This document shows positions 9,973 to 19,948 of a stretch of DNA of 64,000 bases, one piece after another; within the stretch, counting starts at the first letter, position 1, and each line of letters starts with the position of its first letter. A model generated the notes under the pieces. That model had not been told where the DNA came from. It searched no databases and worked only from the letters and a program-made list of their open reading frames with translations. This DNA comes from Nannocystales bacterium (GTDB taxonomy: Bacteria > Myxococcota_A > Polyangia > Nannocystales > Nannocystaceae), in contig JBOEGF010000011.1 of assembly GCA_050633305.1 (NCBI GenBank), positions 251,093 through 315,092 of the forward strand, written 5' to 3'. A program made the position numbers and the translations under genes.

Positions 9973-10980
9973 TTACTGAAGGAAGGCGGGCGCGGAGGTC
10001 TGGCAGCGGGCGAGCCGAGGAAGGACACGCTCGACGAGATGGCTGACCAGCTCGGGGTAGCTGATGCCCGCGGCTCGCGCGACGCGAGAGACCACGCCGT
10101 CACGGTGGAGGGGGGGCAGGGGCTCCACCTCCAAGATCGCCTCGTTGTAGCGATCGCCGACCATCAGGTCGACGCGGGTGATGCCCTCGCTGAGCCCCAG
10201 GGCCGACACCGCCCGGCGGGCCAGATTGTGCAGCCCGTCGATCTGACCGCGGGACATCTGCGGAGGGCAGACGTAGTTCGCGTCGAAGTCTTCTTTTCCC
10301 CCAAGGACGCCGGGAATTGGCCGGCGGTGAACTTCCATCGCTCCCAAGACCCGGTCGCCCATCACGACGACCTGGACCTCGGTTCCGCTGAGGGCTCGCT
10401 CGAGCACGACCTCATCGTCGATATCGAGGGCGCGGCCAACGGCGTCGCTGACGTGCTCCGGGTCCATCAGGTGGGCGACACCCAGTCCCAACCCGCCGCG
10501 GCGTGGCTTGACCACGCAGGGCCAGCCGAGCAGTTCCAGGGCTTTGTCGGACGCTTTGTGGTTGGGGCCCAGCGCCAGTGAAGCTGGGGTCGGGAGGTTG
10601 TGGTAGGCCAGAACCTGCCGGGATCGGATCTTGTCGAATGCGAGCGAGACCGCCGCGCTCGGAGGTCCGGCGTAGGGCAGGCCCCGCATCGCCAGGAGGG
10701 ACTGCACATCTCCTCGCCCGCCCGCTCGGCCGTGCAACGCCAACAGGCATGCGTCGACGTCGGACTGGCGCAGGGCGAGGTCGAGGTCGTCGTCGACCGC
10801 GATCGGGCACGCTGCGTACCCCAGTTCCCTTAGTGCAGTGGCCAGATCTGTACCACTGCGCAGATCCATCAGTCCTTCGATTGTCTCGTCAACAGGCTGC
10901 CCACCCGAGAGATCCGCCGTGGTGGGGGCAAGACGGGCGGAGGGAGCAGAAACCAGGACCCCAAAGGTGAGCGGACGCAT
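9973..10980 (-). CDS. D-alanine--D-alanine ligase-like ATP-grasp protein with a degenerate active site
   Basis: ALHG, GLPYAG...AFDK, PCVVKP, TRVD and ILEV follow the Ddl layout, but several catalytic motifs are altered (see findings). Confidence 0.8.
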   Translation of the reverse strand: MRPLTFGVLVSAPSARLAPTTADLSGGQPVDETIEGLMDLRSGTDLATALRELGYAACPIAVDDDLDLALRQSDVDACLLALHGRAGGRGDVQSLLAMRGLPYAGPPSAAVSLAFDKIRSRQVLAYHNLPTPASLALGPNHKASDKALELLGWPCVVKPRRGGLGLGVAHLMDPEHVSDAVGRALDIDDEVVLERALSGTEVQVVVMGDRVLGAMEVHRRPIPGVLGGKEDFDANYVCPPQMSRGQIDGLHNLARRAVSALGLSEGITRVDLMVGDRYNEAILEVEPLPPLHRDGVVSRVARAAGISYPELVSHLVERVLPRLARCQTSAPAFLQ

Positions 10981-11194
10981 CGCCTTTCGCGGCTAGCAGG
11001 CCTTGCCAAGACCAAGCAAATTTTCGGATATTCGGGCGGCTGCGTTTTGCGGGGCTGCCAAGCCTCTCTAGACGCGCCGATCGTCGCGCCCCAACACGCC
11101 TGTGCGGAACAACTCCGCGGGCAACTCGGCTGGTTTTCCCGGGGGCGCGGCATGGACATCTCCGATTTCTCTTACACAGACGAGTCCGCACCCC

Positions 11195-12661
11195 ATGACC
11201 TTCCTCGAGGCTGCGATCGAAATCCTGCGCAACGTTGACGGCTCCCTGCACTTCTCTGAAGTCGCGCGGCAAGCCGTCGAGCAGAACCTTCTCTCTCACG
11301 TGGGCCGCGACCCAGAGGCTGCGATGCGCAGCTGCCTGAACTCCGCGGTTCGCAAAGGCCGCAACGGCGAAGAGCCGATCATCATGCGGGAGAAGCCGGC
11401 CCACTACACCATTCGGCCCGGCGCCACGCTTCCAGAACCCGCCCCTCGACCTGAGGTCGCGGAAGCTAAAAAATCCAGCGATTCCAAAGAAAAGGAAGAC
11501 GCACCCAAAGCGACTTCGAGCCGCCGCAAGGCCACCAAGAAGACCTCTCGACGGACCAAGAAGGTCATCGCTGAGGAAGCGCCTGCCGCACCCGAAGAGG
11601 CGCCGCCCGCCGAGGCTGCGGAGCCGAGCTTGGAGTTCGAAGCACCCACGGATGCTGGGCTCGACGGCGTGACCGACGTTGCCCTGGTGATGGCCAACGC
11701 GGTCTCCCGCTTGGTCGAAGAGCGCCCCGAGCTCCGGGACCAGCTCGACACGATGCAGGACTCCGACTCCGATTCGGAGGAGCCGGCTGAGGATCCGGGG
11801 CACGGGCCTCGTGGTGCCCACCGGGTTCGCGAAGCGTCGGAGGAACGCGGCGGTCGTCGTCGTCGTCGGCGGCGTCGTCGGGGCAAGCGCGTGGAATGGG
11901 CTGGCGGTGGCGGGGCACGCCCGGCGCAGTCGTCCACCGACACCTTGCTCGACCAGGTGGCCAAGGTGTTGGGCGACGCCGGGTCTCGCTCGCTTCACGT
12001 GCGACAGATCTCCGAGACGCTCGCCAACCAGAACGTTCTGGGCGGTGAGATCTCGGAGATCGAGCGGGCGGTCACCGCAGCGCTTCTGCTCGACGTTCGC
12101 CTTCGCGGGCGCGGGTCGCGCTTTTCCGCCCGTGGGGATGCGCGGTACCAGCTCCAGGGGACGCGTTTGCCCGAGACTGTCGCGAAAGCGGAAGTCGCGC
12201 TTCGGGAAGGCGCCCGTTCGCTGGAGAAGGAGACCGGAACCCAGCTTCTTGCATGGTTGCAGTCACTTGGGGCGCGAGCCCTCGAGTCTTTGGTGAGGGT
12301 TTATCTCGAGCGGGAAGGCTACACGCTGCTCTCTTCGCTGCCCCCCAGTCGCGGGGTCGGCAAGTTGGTGATCGAAGACGGAGAAGGCGACGAGGAAGGA
12401 CGGCTGCTCTGTGTGGTCATCCCTCGAAAGACCAACATCGACGTCAAGAGCTGGGAGGGCGAGTCCGACCGCAACGGTTGCCACGGGCACCTGTTCTTCG
12501 TGATGGGTGAGTCCTCGGAAGAACTCGATGGGCGAACGATCGGTGCCAACGACATGGCAGCTTGGATGACCCGGAATCGCATCGGCGTACAGACGATGAC
12601 GCTGGAAGTTCCGGTCCTCGACGCGACCTTCATCGAGTCGGTCGCCGGACTGGACACCTGA
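11195..12661 (+). CDS. HARE-HTH (HB1/ASXL/restriction endonuclease winged HTH) protein with two HTH-like modules and a C-terminal Mrr-like domain
   Basis: MTFLEAAIEILR...LHFSEVARQAVEQNLLSHVGRDPEAAMRSCL is HARE-HTH-like. A second copy reads LLDQVAKVLGDAGSRSLHVRQISETL. LQSLGARALESLVRVYLEREGY resembles the start of an Mrr catalytic domain. Confidence 0.78.
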   Translation: MTFLEAAIEILRNVDGSLHFSEVARQAVEQNLLSHVGRDPEAAMRSCLNSAVRKGRNGEEPIIMREKPAHYTIRPGATLPEPAPRPEVAEAKKSSDSKEKEDAPKATSSRRKATKKTSRRTKKVIAEEAPAAPEEAPPAEAAEPSLEFEAPTDAGLDGVTDVALVMANAVSRLVEERPELRDQLDTMQDSDSDSEEPAEDPGHGPRGAHRVREASEERGGRRRRRRRRRGKRVEWAGGGGARPAQSSTDTLLDQVAKVLGDAGSRSLHVRQISETLANQNVLGGEISEIERAVTAALLLDVRLRGRGSRFSARGDARYQLQGTRLPETVAKAEVALREGARSLEKETGTQLLAWLQSLGARALESLVRVYLEREGYTLLSSLPPSRGVGKLVIEDGEGDEEGRLLCVVIPRKTNIDVKSWEGESDRNGCHGHLFFVMGESSEELDGRTIGANDMAAWMTRNRIGVQTMTLEVPVLDATFIESVAGLDT

Positions 12662-13323
12662 TGCCGACCCCGCTCCGAGCATGCTGGCTCGGGCCGATGT
12701 CGTTCGACGCGGCACTCGCGCTTCAAATGGAGGCGCGAGAGGCCGTGGTGGCGGAGCGGGAGTCACCGATCCTCTACCTTGTTGAGCACCCCGCGGTGTT
12801 GACCGTCGGCCGACGAGGGTCGTCCGACGACATCCTGTGGACCGACGCTGAACTCGAGGCCCACGGGGTCGCGGTGTTCGAGACGCCGCGCGGCGGCGAG
12901 GTCACGCTCCACGCGCCGGGGCAGCTCGTAGCCTATCCCATCGTGCCGATCGGCCGGCAGATCCGGGCGCACCTCCACAACCTGGCCGACACGTCGCTCG
13001 CCCTGCTCGCCGAGCTCGGGGTTGAAGGCGCCGAGTTCCGCATGGACCACCCTGGAATCTGGATCGGCGAGGCCAAGCTGGGCTCGCTCGGGGTTCATAT
13101 TTCACGGGGTGTTACCGTGCAAGGCCTCTCGCTCAACCTGTCCGTGGACCCGAAGTTGTTCGGGGCGCTGGTCTCCTGTGGAATGCAGGGGCTCAAGATG
13201 CGCAGTGTCGATGAGCTCGTGGAGGCGGTTCCCTCGGTGGAGAATGCGGCGCGACGATGGGCCAGCCTGTGGGCTGCGCAGACCGGCGCGGCGCTGGAAT
13301 GGGTCCCCGCTCCGAGCGTCTGA
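12661..13323 (+). CDS. lipB: Lipoyl(octanoyl) transferase
   Basis: VEHPAVLTVGR, RGGEVTLHAPGQLVAYPI, KLGSLGVHI and LVSCG. TGATG overlap with the upstream gene. Confidence 0.92.
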   Translation: MPTPLRACWLGPMSFDAALALQMEAREAVVAERESPILYLVEHPAVLTVGRRGSSDDILWTDAELEAHGVAVFETPRGGEVTLHAPGQLVAYPIVPIGRQIRAHLHNLADTSLALLAELGVEGAEFRMDHPGIWIGEAKLGSLGVHISRGVTVQGLSLNLSVDPKLFGALVSCGMQGLKMRSVDELVEAVPSVENAARRWASLWAAQTGAALEWVPAPSV

Positions 13324-13381
13324 GCGGGAACGTGCTTGCGGCGCGCCCGACCCCGCGCCTTCCTGCTAAACTCCAGATCCG

Positions 13382-14272
13382 TTGGCTGGAGGAGTTCGGC
13401 ACGAAGTCCGCGCGTTCGCGGTCGCGCTGCTTGCCACTGGGTGGTTGGGCGGCTGCGGCGGTTCTTCGGAGTCCGGCGCGGCCTCGGCGGCCTATTCGGT
13501 TTCGCTGTCCGAGCTGCGAACCCGGGCGGCGGGTGGGCGGAGCGACCGGGCGTGGCAGCGACAAACGGTCGAGGACGCGCTCGAAGGCGCCACCATGTTT
13601 CGCGTGGACGACGGAGCTGGGTCGATCGCGGCGCATGCCGAAATCACCGAACGACGCGACGCCGAGGGGATCGTCCTTCGGCTACAGCTGAGCATGGAGG
13701 TTCCGCCAGACCTTGGCGCCGTTGTTGAAGAGCTGGGCGCGACGGTCGAGGTGTCGCGGGCCCAAGGCGATTCCGCGATCCGCGAAGACCTCCCGCTGGC
13801 CGCCGAACGGGCGGCCGCTGTGCTCGACGCGAAGGTCGAACTCGCGCGTACCCCGCAAAGTGCAGCCCAGTTTCTGCGCGACCCCGATGCTGAGATTGCG
13901 CTTGTTGCGCTCGATTGGGTCGAAGCCCAGCGCGACCTCGCAGCGGCATCGGCAGTCGCCGACATGCTTCACCATCCCGACGACCGCGTGATGCTCAGGG
14001 CGGTCGAGGTCTTGGGACAGATTGGAGCCGCGGCCGAAGTTCCGGCGCTTATCGCGGCTGCCCGGCTCAACGATCGCGCCCACACGGGGAGACTGTACGA
14101 GGCTCTGGCCGTCCTCGGTGGCCCGGACGCGGAGGGGTTTCTTTCGTTCGCCGCTCGCAACGAGGACGACCCCGCGCTGGCCCAACTTGCGGAGCGTGCC
14201 CTCGACGTGGCACAGCACAGCGTGCCGCGGGTCGAAGCGCCTCCGGTCACGGCCCGACGCGGTCATCGCTGA
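13382..14272 (+). CDS. HEAT-repeat lipoprotein
   Basis: Signal peptide ending in lipobox WLGGC. HEAT-like DDRVMLRAVEVLGQIG. Start codon uncertain. Confidence 0.72.
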   Translation: MAGGVRHEVRAFAVALLATGWLGGCGGSSESGAASAAYSVSLSELRTRAAGGRSDRAWQRQTVEDALEGATMFRVDDGAGSIAAHAEITERRDAEGIVLRLQLSMEVPPDLGAVVEELGATVEVSRAQGDSAIREDLPLAAERAAAVLDAKVELARTPQSAAQFLRDPDAEIALVALDWVEAQRDLAAASAVADMLHHPDDRVMLRAVEVLGQIGAAAEVPALIAAARLNDRAHTGRLYEALAVLGGPDAEGFLSFAARNEDDPALAQLAERALDVAQHSVPRVEAPPVTARRGHR

Positions 14273-14281
14273 GCTCTGCCC

Positions 14282-15070
14282 ATGTCGTTTCTGCTCCTCG
14301 TCGTGCTCGCGCCTGCCGCTGCCCCGCCGCCTGCTCCCGCGGCGGAGACGGACTCGCGGGCCATGCTCGCGCCGGGCGAGGTCTCTGCGCCTGCACCCCA
14401 TGCTGCCGAGACGAACGTGAGTCCGGCGGCGACGGTTTCGGCGGGGGGCGAAGCGGCGACCGCCGAGAAGGTCGAGGAGGCGCCACGCGTCCCGTCTGTG
14501 GAGAAGGAGGCGCCTCTACCCGATGCTCCTGTCGGCGTGGCCGCCTCTGAACTCGAGACCCATGCGTGGCGCGGGCAGGGGTTCTTTCAGATCCACATTG
14601 CGGCCATGGTTCCGGTCGCTGGAGCACGCCCCGCGCGGGGTACGATCGCGTCCGCCGGTGGGGGGGTGCAGCTCGGTTGGCGCGCGCGGCCGGTTCTCGC
14701 CGCCGGGGTCGGACTGACGACCTTCCTGCACGACACTGGGGAGAGCCTCGCTGTCGACAGCACGGGCGAGACCGTCGAGGTCCAGGACTTCGGTCGACTG
14801 AGCCTGTTCGATCCGTTTGTGCGGTTCTTCGTTCCCAGGCGCGGGCGGGTGGAACCCCGGTTTGATGTTGGTGTTCTGCTCGGAGCCTACCGGGCGCCGT
14901 TCTCCGAGTCGCCCGACTTCGCGGCCGGCGCTCGGCTCGGTGCTGGCATCGACGTGTGGGTCGGACCCGCATTCTCCCTCGACTTCGGCGTCGATCCCCG
15001 GATCCTCGTCATCGACGGCGCTGCGGGAGTCACGCTGCAGGCCGGCATGGGCGCGACCGTCCACTGGTAG
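14282..15070 (+). CDS. Putative outer-membrane beta-barrel protein
   Basis: Hydrophobic N-terminus, Pro/Ala linker, alternating beta-strands and a C-terminal aromatic signature (GMGATVHW). Confidence 0.65.
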   Translation: MSFLLLVVLAPAAAPPPAPAAETDSRAMLAPGEVSAPAPHAAETNVSPAATVSAGGEAATAEKVEEAPRVPSVEKEAPLPDAPVGVAASELETHAWRGQGFFQIHIAAMVPVAGARPARGTIASAGGGVQLGWRARPVLAAGVGLTTFLHDTGESLAVDSTGETVEVQDFGRLSLFDPFVRFFVPRRGRVEPRFDVGVLLGAYRAPFSESPDFAAGARLGAGIDVWVGPAFSLDFGVDPRILVIDGAAGVTLQAGMGATVHW

Positions 15071-15175
15071 CCTTTCTGCGCTCGCTGCGCGCCGTTCGAC
15101 GCTCCGAGGCGCGCCAACGCGCATGACGGGGCCTCGGTCCGGCTCGGAGCCTTTGAAGGAACCTTTCCTCCACGA

Positions 15176-18100
15176 GTGGCAACATTATGGGCGTTGCGCC
15201 AACCGGAGAGACATCGACTCGAACTCGTCGTTGAGAGCGCCAACGATGTTGCCGCTCCGGCGGGGTACGCGCTGCTCGACTCGCTCGGTGGTGGTTCGGA
15301 AGGTGGAGCGTGGCGAGCGCGAGACGTCTCCGACGGGACGCGGGTCGTTGCAAAACCCGTCGATGCGGAGGCGGAGCGATCGGTTCGCCGCGCGTTCGAA
15401 ACCCTCCGACGAGCGGCCTCACCACATCTCCCGGTCCCACGCGCGCTCGCGACCGCAAGCGATGGCACGGTCTGGTTGATCAGCGAGTGGGTCCCCGGCG
15501 ACGCGTTGTCCCCCGGCCCCGGTCCTCTCGTCAGCGCCCTGCAAGACGTCGCAGCCGTGGCGCGAGCGCTGAACGCACTTCACGAGTTGGGCACGCATCA
15601 TGGAGATGTCGCCCCGGCGAACGTGGTGGTCGACGGGGAACGTTGCACGCTCATCGACTTGGCGCAGCTCGGGCGAATGGGCACCGGGACGCCAGGGTTC
15701 CTCGCTCCCGAAGTGCTCGCCGGCGGCGGCGGACCGGCGGCAGACCGATTCAGTCTGGGCGCGTTGTTGGTTTGGCGACTGGTCGGGGAGGTTCCGTGGG
15801 CTCGGCCTGAGGCGTTGCTCGCCGTTCGTGGTCGGGCGGACGTGGTCCGGCGGCTCGGGGAGCTCGGACTCTCCGAGCTCCCCGCGGCAGTCCACGCGTT
15901 GATCGTGCGTCTGCTCTTGCCCGAGCCTCAGGCTCGACCAGCGTCGACCCGGGAGGTGGCCCGACAGCTCGCCGACATCATCTCGGCTCCAGACGATGTC
16001 GTCGCAGGCGGTTTGCGGTGGTGGCCACCTTTGCGGTGGCCCTACGTTGGCGTCGCGATCGAACCCGCAGCTCGTGCGCTGAGCGAGGGGACCGCACGCC
16101 TGGTCGTCGTCGCGGGTCCTACGGGCGCGGGCCGTGACCGGGTGGTCGAGGAGCTGACCCTACGGGTCCAGGCGCTTGGCACCGCCGCGCTCCGGCACGA
16201 CGCGGAGACTTGGGCGCGCGGACAGGGCTCCACGGTGGGATCCTGGCTCGAGGCCTGGGTCGGAGACCCCTGCGACACGGTCGCGGGCCTGATGATGGAC
16301 CCGCTGCGTGAGTCGGACGTGACGCGGGTCCGTGCAGCGAGTGGACTCGCGACAGGACGGATCATCGTTCCTGCAACGTCCGAGGCGGGACAGGGCCTGG
16401 AGGGCACCGAGGGGGTCACGGTGCTGTGGCCGCGTCCGGTTTCTGAAGCCGAAGCACGGACCTTGGTCTCGGCGGGCGTCGAAGGGGACGCCGCGGAGGT
16501 CGAGGCGGTTGCCGCCCTGCTGCGAGATGCGACCGGCGGTTGGCCCGCGGCGATCGTTCGCACTGCAGCGGCATGCGCAAGACTCGGTGCAGGGGTCGGG
16601 GACGTTCGCCGGATTGCGGGGTCGAGCCACGAGCCCAGCGACGAGATGGAAGCCAGCACCGCGTTGTCGATCCTGCACGCGGCTTGGACCGAGCCCGACC
16701 TGTCTCTACCCGACACTCTGGCCCCGAACGGGCGGCCGCACGCGGTCGCATGTTCGGTTGCCCGGGCCTCGCTCGGGCCCGTACGCGTCAAGGCCGAGGC
16801 GCGGGCTTGCGAGGGACACACGCTCGCCTGGGCGACCGATGCTCACGACGACGTGGCCCTGGAGGGGCAGCTCCGGCACGCCGCGCCTGGGTTGGCCGAA
16901 GTTGCGCGAGCGGTGCGGTCGATCGAGCGGCGCGACACACCGCCCTCGATCCTCGCCCTTGCGGCGTCGCGCCGACTTGCCGAGGGGGACGCAGCGTCAG
17001 CAGAGCTGCTCGCGCAGCGCGGGGGGACGCACGGCGCATGCGTGTTTGCTCGCGCCCGCGCACTTCAGCGACTGGGGCGACTTGACGAGGCGTGGGCGCT
17101 GCTCGAACCCACCTCCGAGGACACCGAAGACCTCCGCTGGGCCAAGCAGGGGTTGCGCTGGCGGGTGGCCGTGGATCGGGGCGAAGCAGCATCGGCGCAA
17201 CACGAAGCGGAGACGCTCGGTCTGGATGCAGTCTCCCTCGAGGGCTCTGGCGCACTCGGCGTTGCCACGGCGTTGCTGTGGGCCGCGTACGCCTGCGCTC
17301 TGACGGGGGATGTCGCGACTGCGGGTGTTCGTCTGGAGCGCGCGGCCACGTGGGCGCGCGCGCAGCCGGGGACCGAAGCGTCGGCTCTGGCGGCTCGGGT
17401 ACTCCAGCTTCAAGGAAACCTTGCGCACGGGAGCGGAATGTTGGACGCGGCCGCCGGCGCATTCTCGCGGGCAGCCGATGCGTTTGAGCGTGCAGGGGAG
17501 CCGGTCGGGAGCCTGACCCTCAAGGGCACGTCGTGTGCACTCGCGATCTTGACGCTCGATGTTCAGGCGGGCATCGAACAGGGGCGTGCGGCCTTGCGGG
17601 GACTGCTTGCGCACGGTCAGACAAGCGCTCTGGTGGAGGCCGCGCTCAACTTGGTGCAGTTGCTGACCCGCGTGGGCGCGGCCGACGAAGCTCGTGCGAT
17701 TGGGGCGGCCGTCGAGGCGGCGGTTGGGAAGGAGGGCGTGCCTCTCGTCCTGGCGCGACGAGCCCGTCTGCGGGCCGAAGTCGCTGCTGCACAGATGGGT
17801 CTCCGGCCTTCGTCGGCGCAAGCGCAACGCGTTGCGGCAGCCCTCGGAGGTGCCGCCGCCGAACTCGAGCGTGCGGACCGCCCGGACGAGGCGCGGGATG
17901 CTTGGTTGCGGGCCAGTGTGCTGCTGGCGGCCTCCGGGCGCCCCGATGCAGCCACGAGGGTGCTCGATCGAGCACTCGCGCTCCGCTCGGACGACGACGC
18001 TGCCGGGCAGGCTCAGGCGGGGGCGAGCGCGGTTCTCGTTGCAGGGCGCGCCGCGGACCCCAGCTTGCTTGAACTCGGTCTCACGCTCATGCATCGCGCC

Positions 18101-19948
18101 GGGACCGTCTCGAGTTTTCGATCCGCGCAGCGATTCGATGTCGCCATCTTGTTCGACCGGGCGTTGCTGGTCGCGCTTCGAATGCGGCACCAACCGTCTT
18201 CTTTCCGGCACGCCGTGGCGCGCCGGCTGTCTTCAACCGTGGAACTCGTCATGCAAAAGACCCGTCCCAGCGACCGTCCTTCCGTCCGCTCTTCTCTGCT
18301 CACCGAGGGGGGCGACGCTCAAGCGCTCCGCGAGCTGCTCGAGGACCTTGAACCTGCCGAGAGCACGGCGCCACCGGTCGCGTCCGAGTCGCCGGCGGTG
18401 CCCGGCGACGATCGGTACGCGCGGCTGTTGAGGATGTACCGACGATTTGCCCGAGAGGAGCGGCTCGAGCCACTTCTGGAGCAGGTGGTCGACGCTGTGA
18501 TGGAGTTGACGGATGCCGAGCGTGGGGCTGTTGTGGTGCGAAGGGCAGGGCAAGAGGACCTGTCCGTCACGCGTGAACTGAGCGAAGGCTCGGAGGGTGC
18601 GTCGTACTCCCGCTCCGTGATCGCTCGGGTCCTGGACTCGGGCGAGCCGGTCCTCAGTGTGGACGCCGCCGCCGACGAGCGCTTCGACGACTCTCGCAGC
18701 ATCAGCCACCTCAACCTGCGGTCGGTGCTCGCGGTTCCGCTCCGATTCCGCGGGGAACTCTTGGGAGCCGCCTATGTCGACCATCGCCTACGCCGGGGGA
18801 ACTTCGGCGAGGACGACCTCGCACACATGGAGGCGTTTTCGGACCTTGCGGCGCTCGCAGTCGCCCACGCAGCCGCGCTGGCGGATCTCGAGGAGAAAAC
18901 CGAGGCGCTGACCCTGTCCTCCGAGCAGCTGGGTGCGCTGTTGGAGCAGCGTGAGGCCGAGGTCCTGGCGCTTCGAGAGGACGCCCGAAGACAGAGTCCG
19001 CCGTCCGACGGGTACCGCGGGATCATCGGCAGCGCCCCGCGGATGCAGGATGTCTTTCGGTTGATCGAGCGGGTGGCCGATGCGGACGTGCCGGTCGTCG
19101 TGTACGGCGAGAGCGGGACCGGCAAGGAGTTGGTCGCACGGGCGCTGCACGATGCTGGCGGTCGCGCCACGGGACCGTTCATCGCCGAGAACTGCGGGGC
19201 CATCCCGGAGACGCTCCTGGAGAGCGTGTTGTTCGGGCACGCGCGCGGGGCGTTCACCGGAGCGCAGAAGGCCAAGCCGGGGCTGTTCGAGGCTGCCGAC
19301 GGCGGCACCATCTTCCTCGACGAGGTCTCCGAAATGAGCATGGGCATGCAGACGAAGCTGCTCCGGGTGCTGCAGGAAGGGGAGGTCCGCCGGGTTGGAG
19401 AGACCAGCCCTCGCTCGGTCAACGTTCGCCTTCTCGCCGCCAGCAACCGGGACCTCGAGGCCATGGTCGATACGGGGACTTTCCGGCGCGACCTCTTCTA
19501 CCGGGTGAACGTCGTGCGGGTGAATCTTCCTGCGCTGCGGGAACGACCCGAAGACATCCTTCCGCTCATCGAGCACTTCTTCGCTCGACACAACGCGACC
19601 CCATTGCGTCTTGCCCCTTCGGTCGTCCGGGCGCTTCAAGGCTACGCATGGCCGGGCAACGTGCGGCAGCTGGAGAACGAGGTCCAGCGCTGGATTGCGC
19701 TGTGCGAGGGAGCGGTCGCTCTTCAGGACCTCTCCGCGGCGATCGTCGGCGCGGCGGAACCCGAGGGAATCGACCCTGACGATCTCCGAATCCGACCCAG
19801 GGTGGAGCGGATGGAGCGAGACCTCATCGCTCGGGCTTTGCAGCGGACTGGCAACAACCAGACCAAAGCTGCCCAGCTGCTCGGCCTGAGCCGCTATGGC
19901 CTACAGAAGAAGCTCAAGCGGCTCGAGCTCGACGGACACCGAAGTTGA
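15176..19948 (+). CDS. Ser/Thr kinase - degenerate P-loop - TPR-like - GAF - sigma54 enhancer-binding protein with Fis HTH
   Basis: Kinase motifs LGGGSEG, VVAK, HGDVAPAN and GTPGFLAPE. GAF region LRSVLAVPL. AAA+ motifs GESGTGKE, GAFTGA, FLDEV and WPGNVRQLEN. HTH NQTKAAQLLGLSRYGL. Confidence 0.92.
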   Translation: MATLWALRQPERHRLELVVESANDVAAPAGYALLDSLGGGSEGGAWRARDVSDGTRVVAKPVDAEAERSVRRAFETLRRAASPHLPVPRALATASDGTVWLISEWVPGDALSPGPGPLVSALQDVAAVARALNALHELGTHHGDVAPANVVVDGERCTLIDLAQLGRMGTGTPGFLAPEVLAGGGGPAADRFSLGALLVWRLVGEVPWARPEALLAVRGRADVVRRLGELGLSELPAAVHALIVRLLLPEPQARPASTREVARQLADIISAPDDVVAGGLRWWPPLRWPYVGVAIEPAARALSEGTARLVVVAGPTGAGRDRVVEELTLRVQALGTAALRHDAETWARGQGSTVGSWLEAWVGDPCDTVAGLMMDPLRESDVTRVRAASGLATGRIIVPATSEAGQGLEGTEGVTVLWPRPVSEAEARTLVSAGVEGDAAEVEAVAALLRDATGGWPAAIVRTAAACARLGAGVGDVRRIAGSSHEPSDEMEASTALSILHAAWTEPDLSLPDTLAPNGRPHAVACSVARASLGPVRVKAEARACEGHTLAWATDAHDDVALEGQLRHAAPGLAEVARAVRSIERRDTPPSILALAASRRLAEGDAASAELLAQRGGTHGACVFARARALQRLGRLDEAWALLEPTSEDTEDLRWAKQGLRWRVAVDRGEAASAQHEAETLGLDAVSLEGSGALGVATALLWAAYACALTGDVATAGVRLERAATWARAQPGTEASALAARVLQLQGNLAHGSGMLDAAAGAFSRAADAFERAGEPVGSLTLKGTSCALAILTLDVQAGIEQGRAALRGLLAHGQTSALVEAALNLVQLLTRVGAADEARAIGAAVEAAVGKEGVPLVLARRARLRAEVAAAQMGLRPSSAQAQRVAAALGGAAAELERADRPDEARDAWLRASVLLAASGRPDAATRVLDRALALRSDDDAAGQAQAGASAVLVAGRAADPSLLELGLTLMHRAGTVSSFRSAQRFDVAILFDRALLVALRMRHQPSSFRHAVARRLSSTVELVMQKTRPSDRPSVRSSLLTEGGDAQALRELLEDLEPAESTAPPVASESPAVPGDDRYARLLRMYRRFAREERLEPLLEQVVDAVMELTDAERGAVVVRRAGQEDLSVTRELSEGSEGASYSRSVIARVLDSGEPVLSVDAAADERFDDSRSISHLNLRSVLAVPLRFRGELLGAAYVDHRLRRGNFGEDDLAHMEAFSDLAALAVAHAAALADLEEKTEALTLSSEQLGALLEQREAEVLALREDARRQSPPSDGYRGIIGSAPRMQDVFRLIERVADADVPVVVYGESGTGKELVARALHDAGGRATGPFIAENCGAIPETLLESVLFGHARGAFTGAQKAKPGLFEAADGGTIFLDEVSEMSMGMQTKLLRVLQEGEVRRVGETSPRSVNVRLLAASNRDLEAMVDTGTFRRDLFYRVNVVRVNLPALRERPEDILPLIEHFFARHNATPLRLAPSVVRALQGYAWPGNVRQLENEVQRWIALCEGAVALQDLSAAIVGAAEPEGIDPDDLRIRPRVERMERDLIARALQRTGNNQTKAAQLLGLSRYGLQKKLKRLELDGHRS

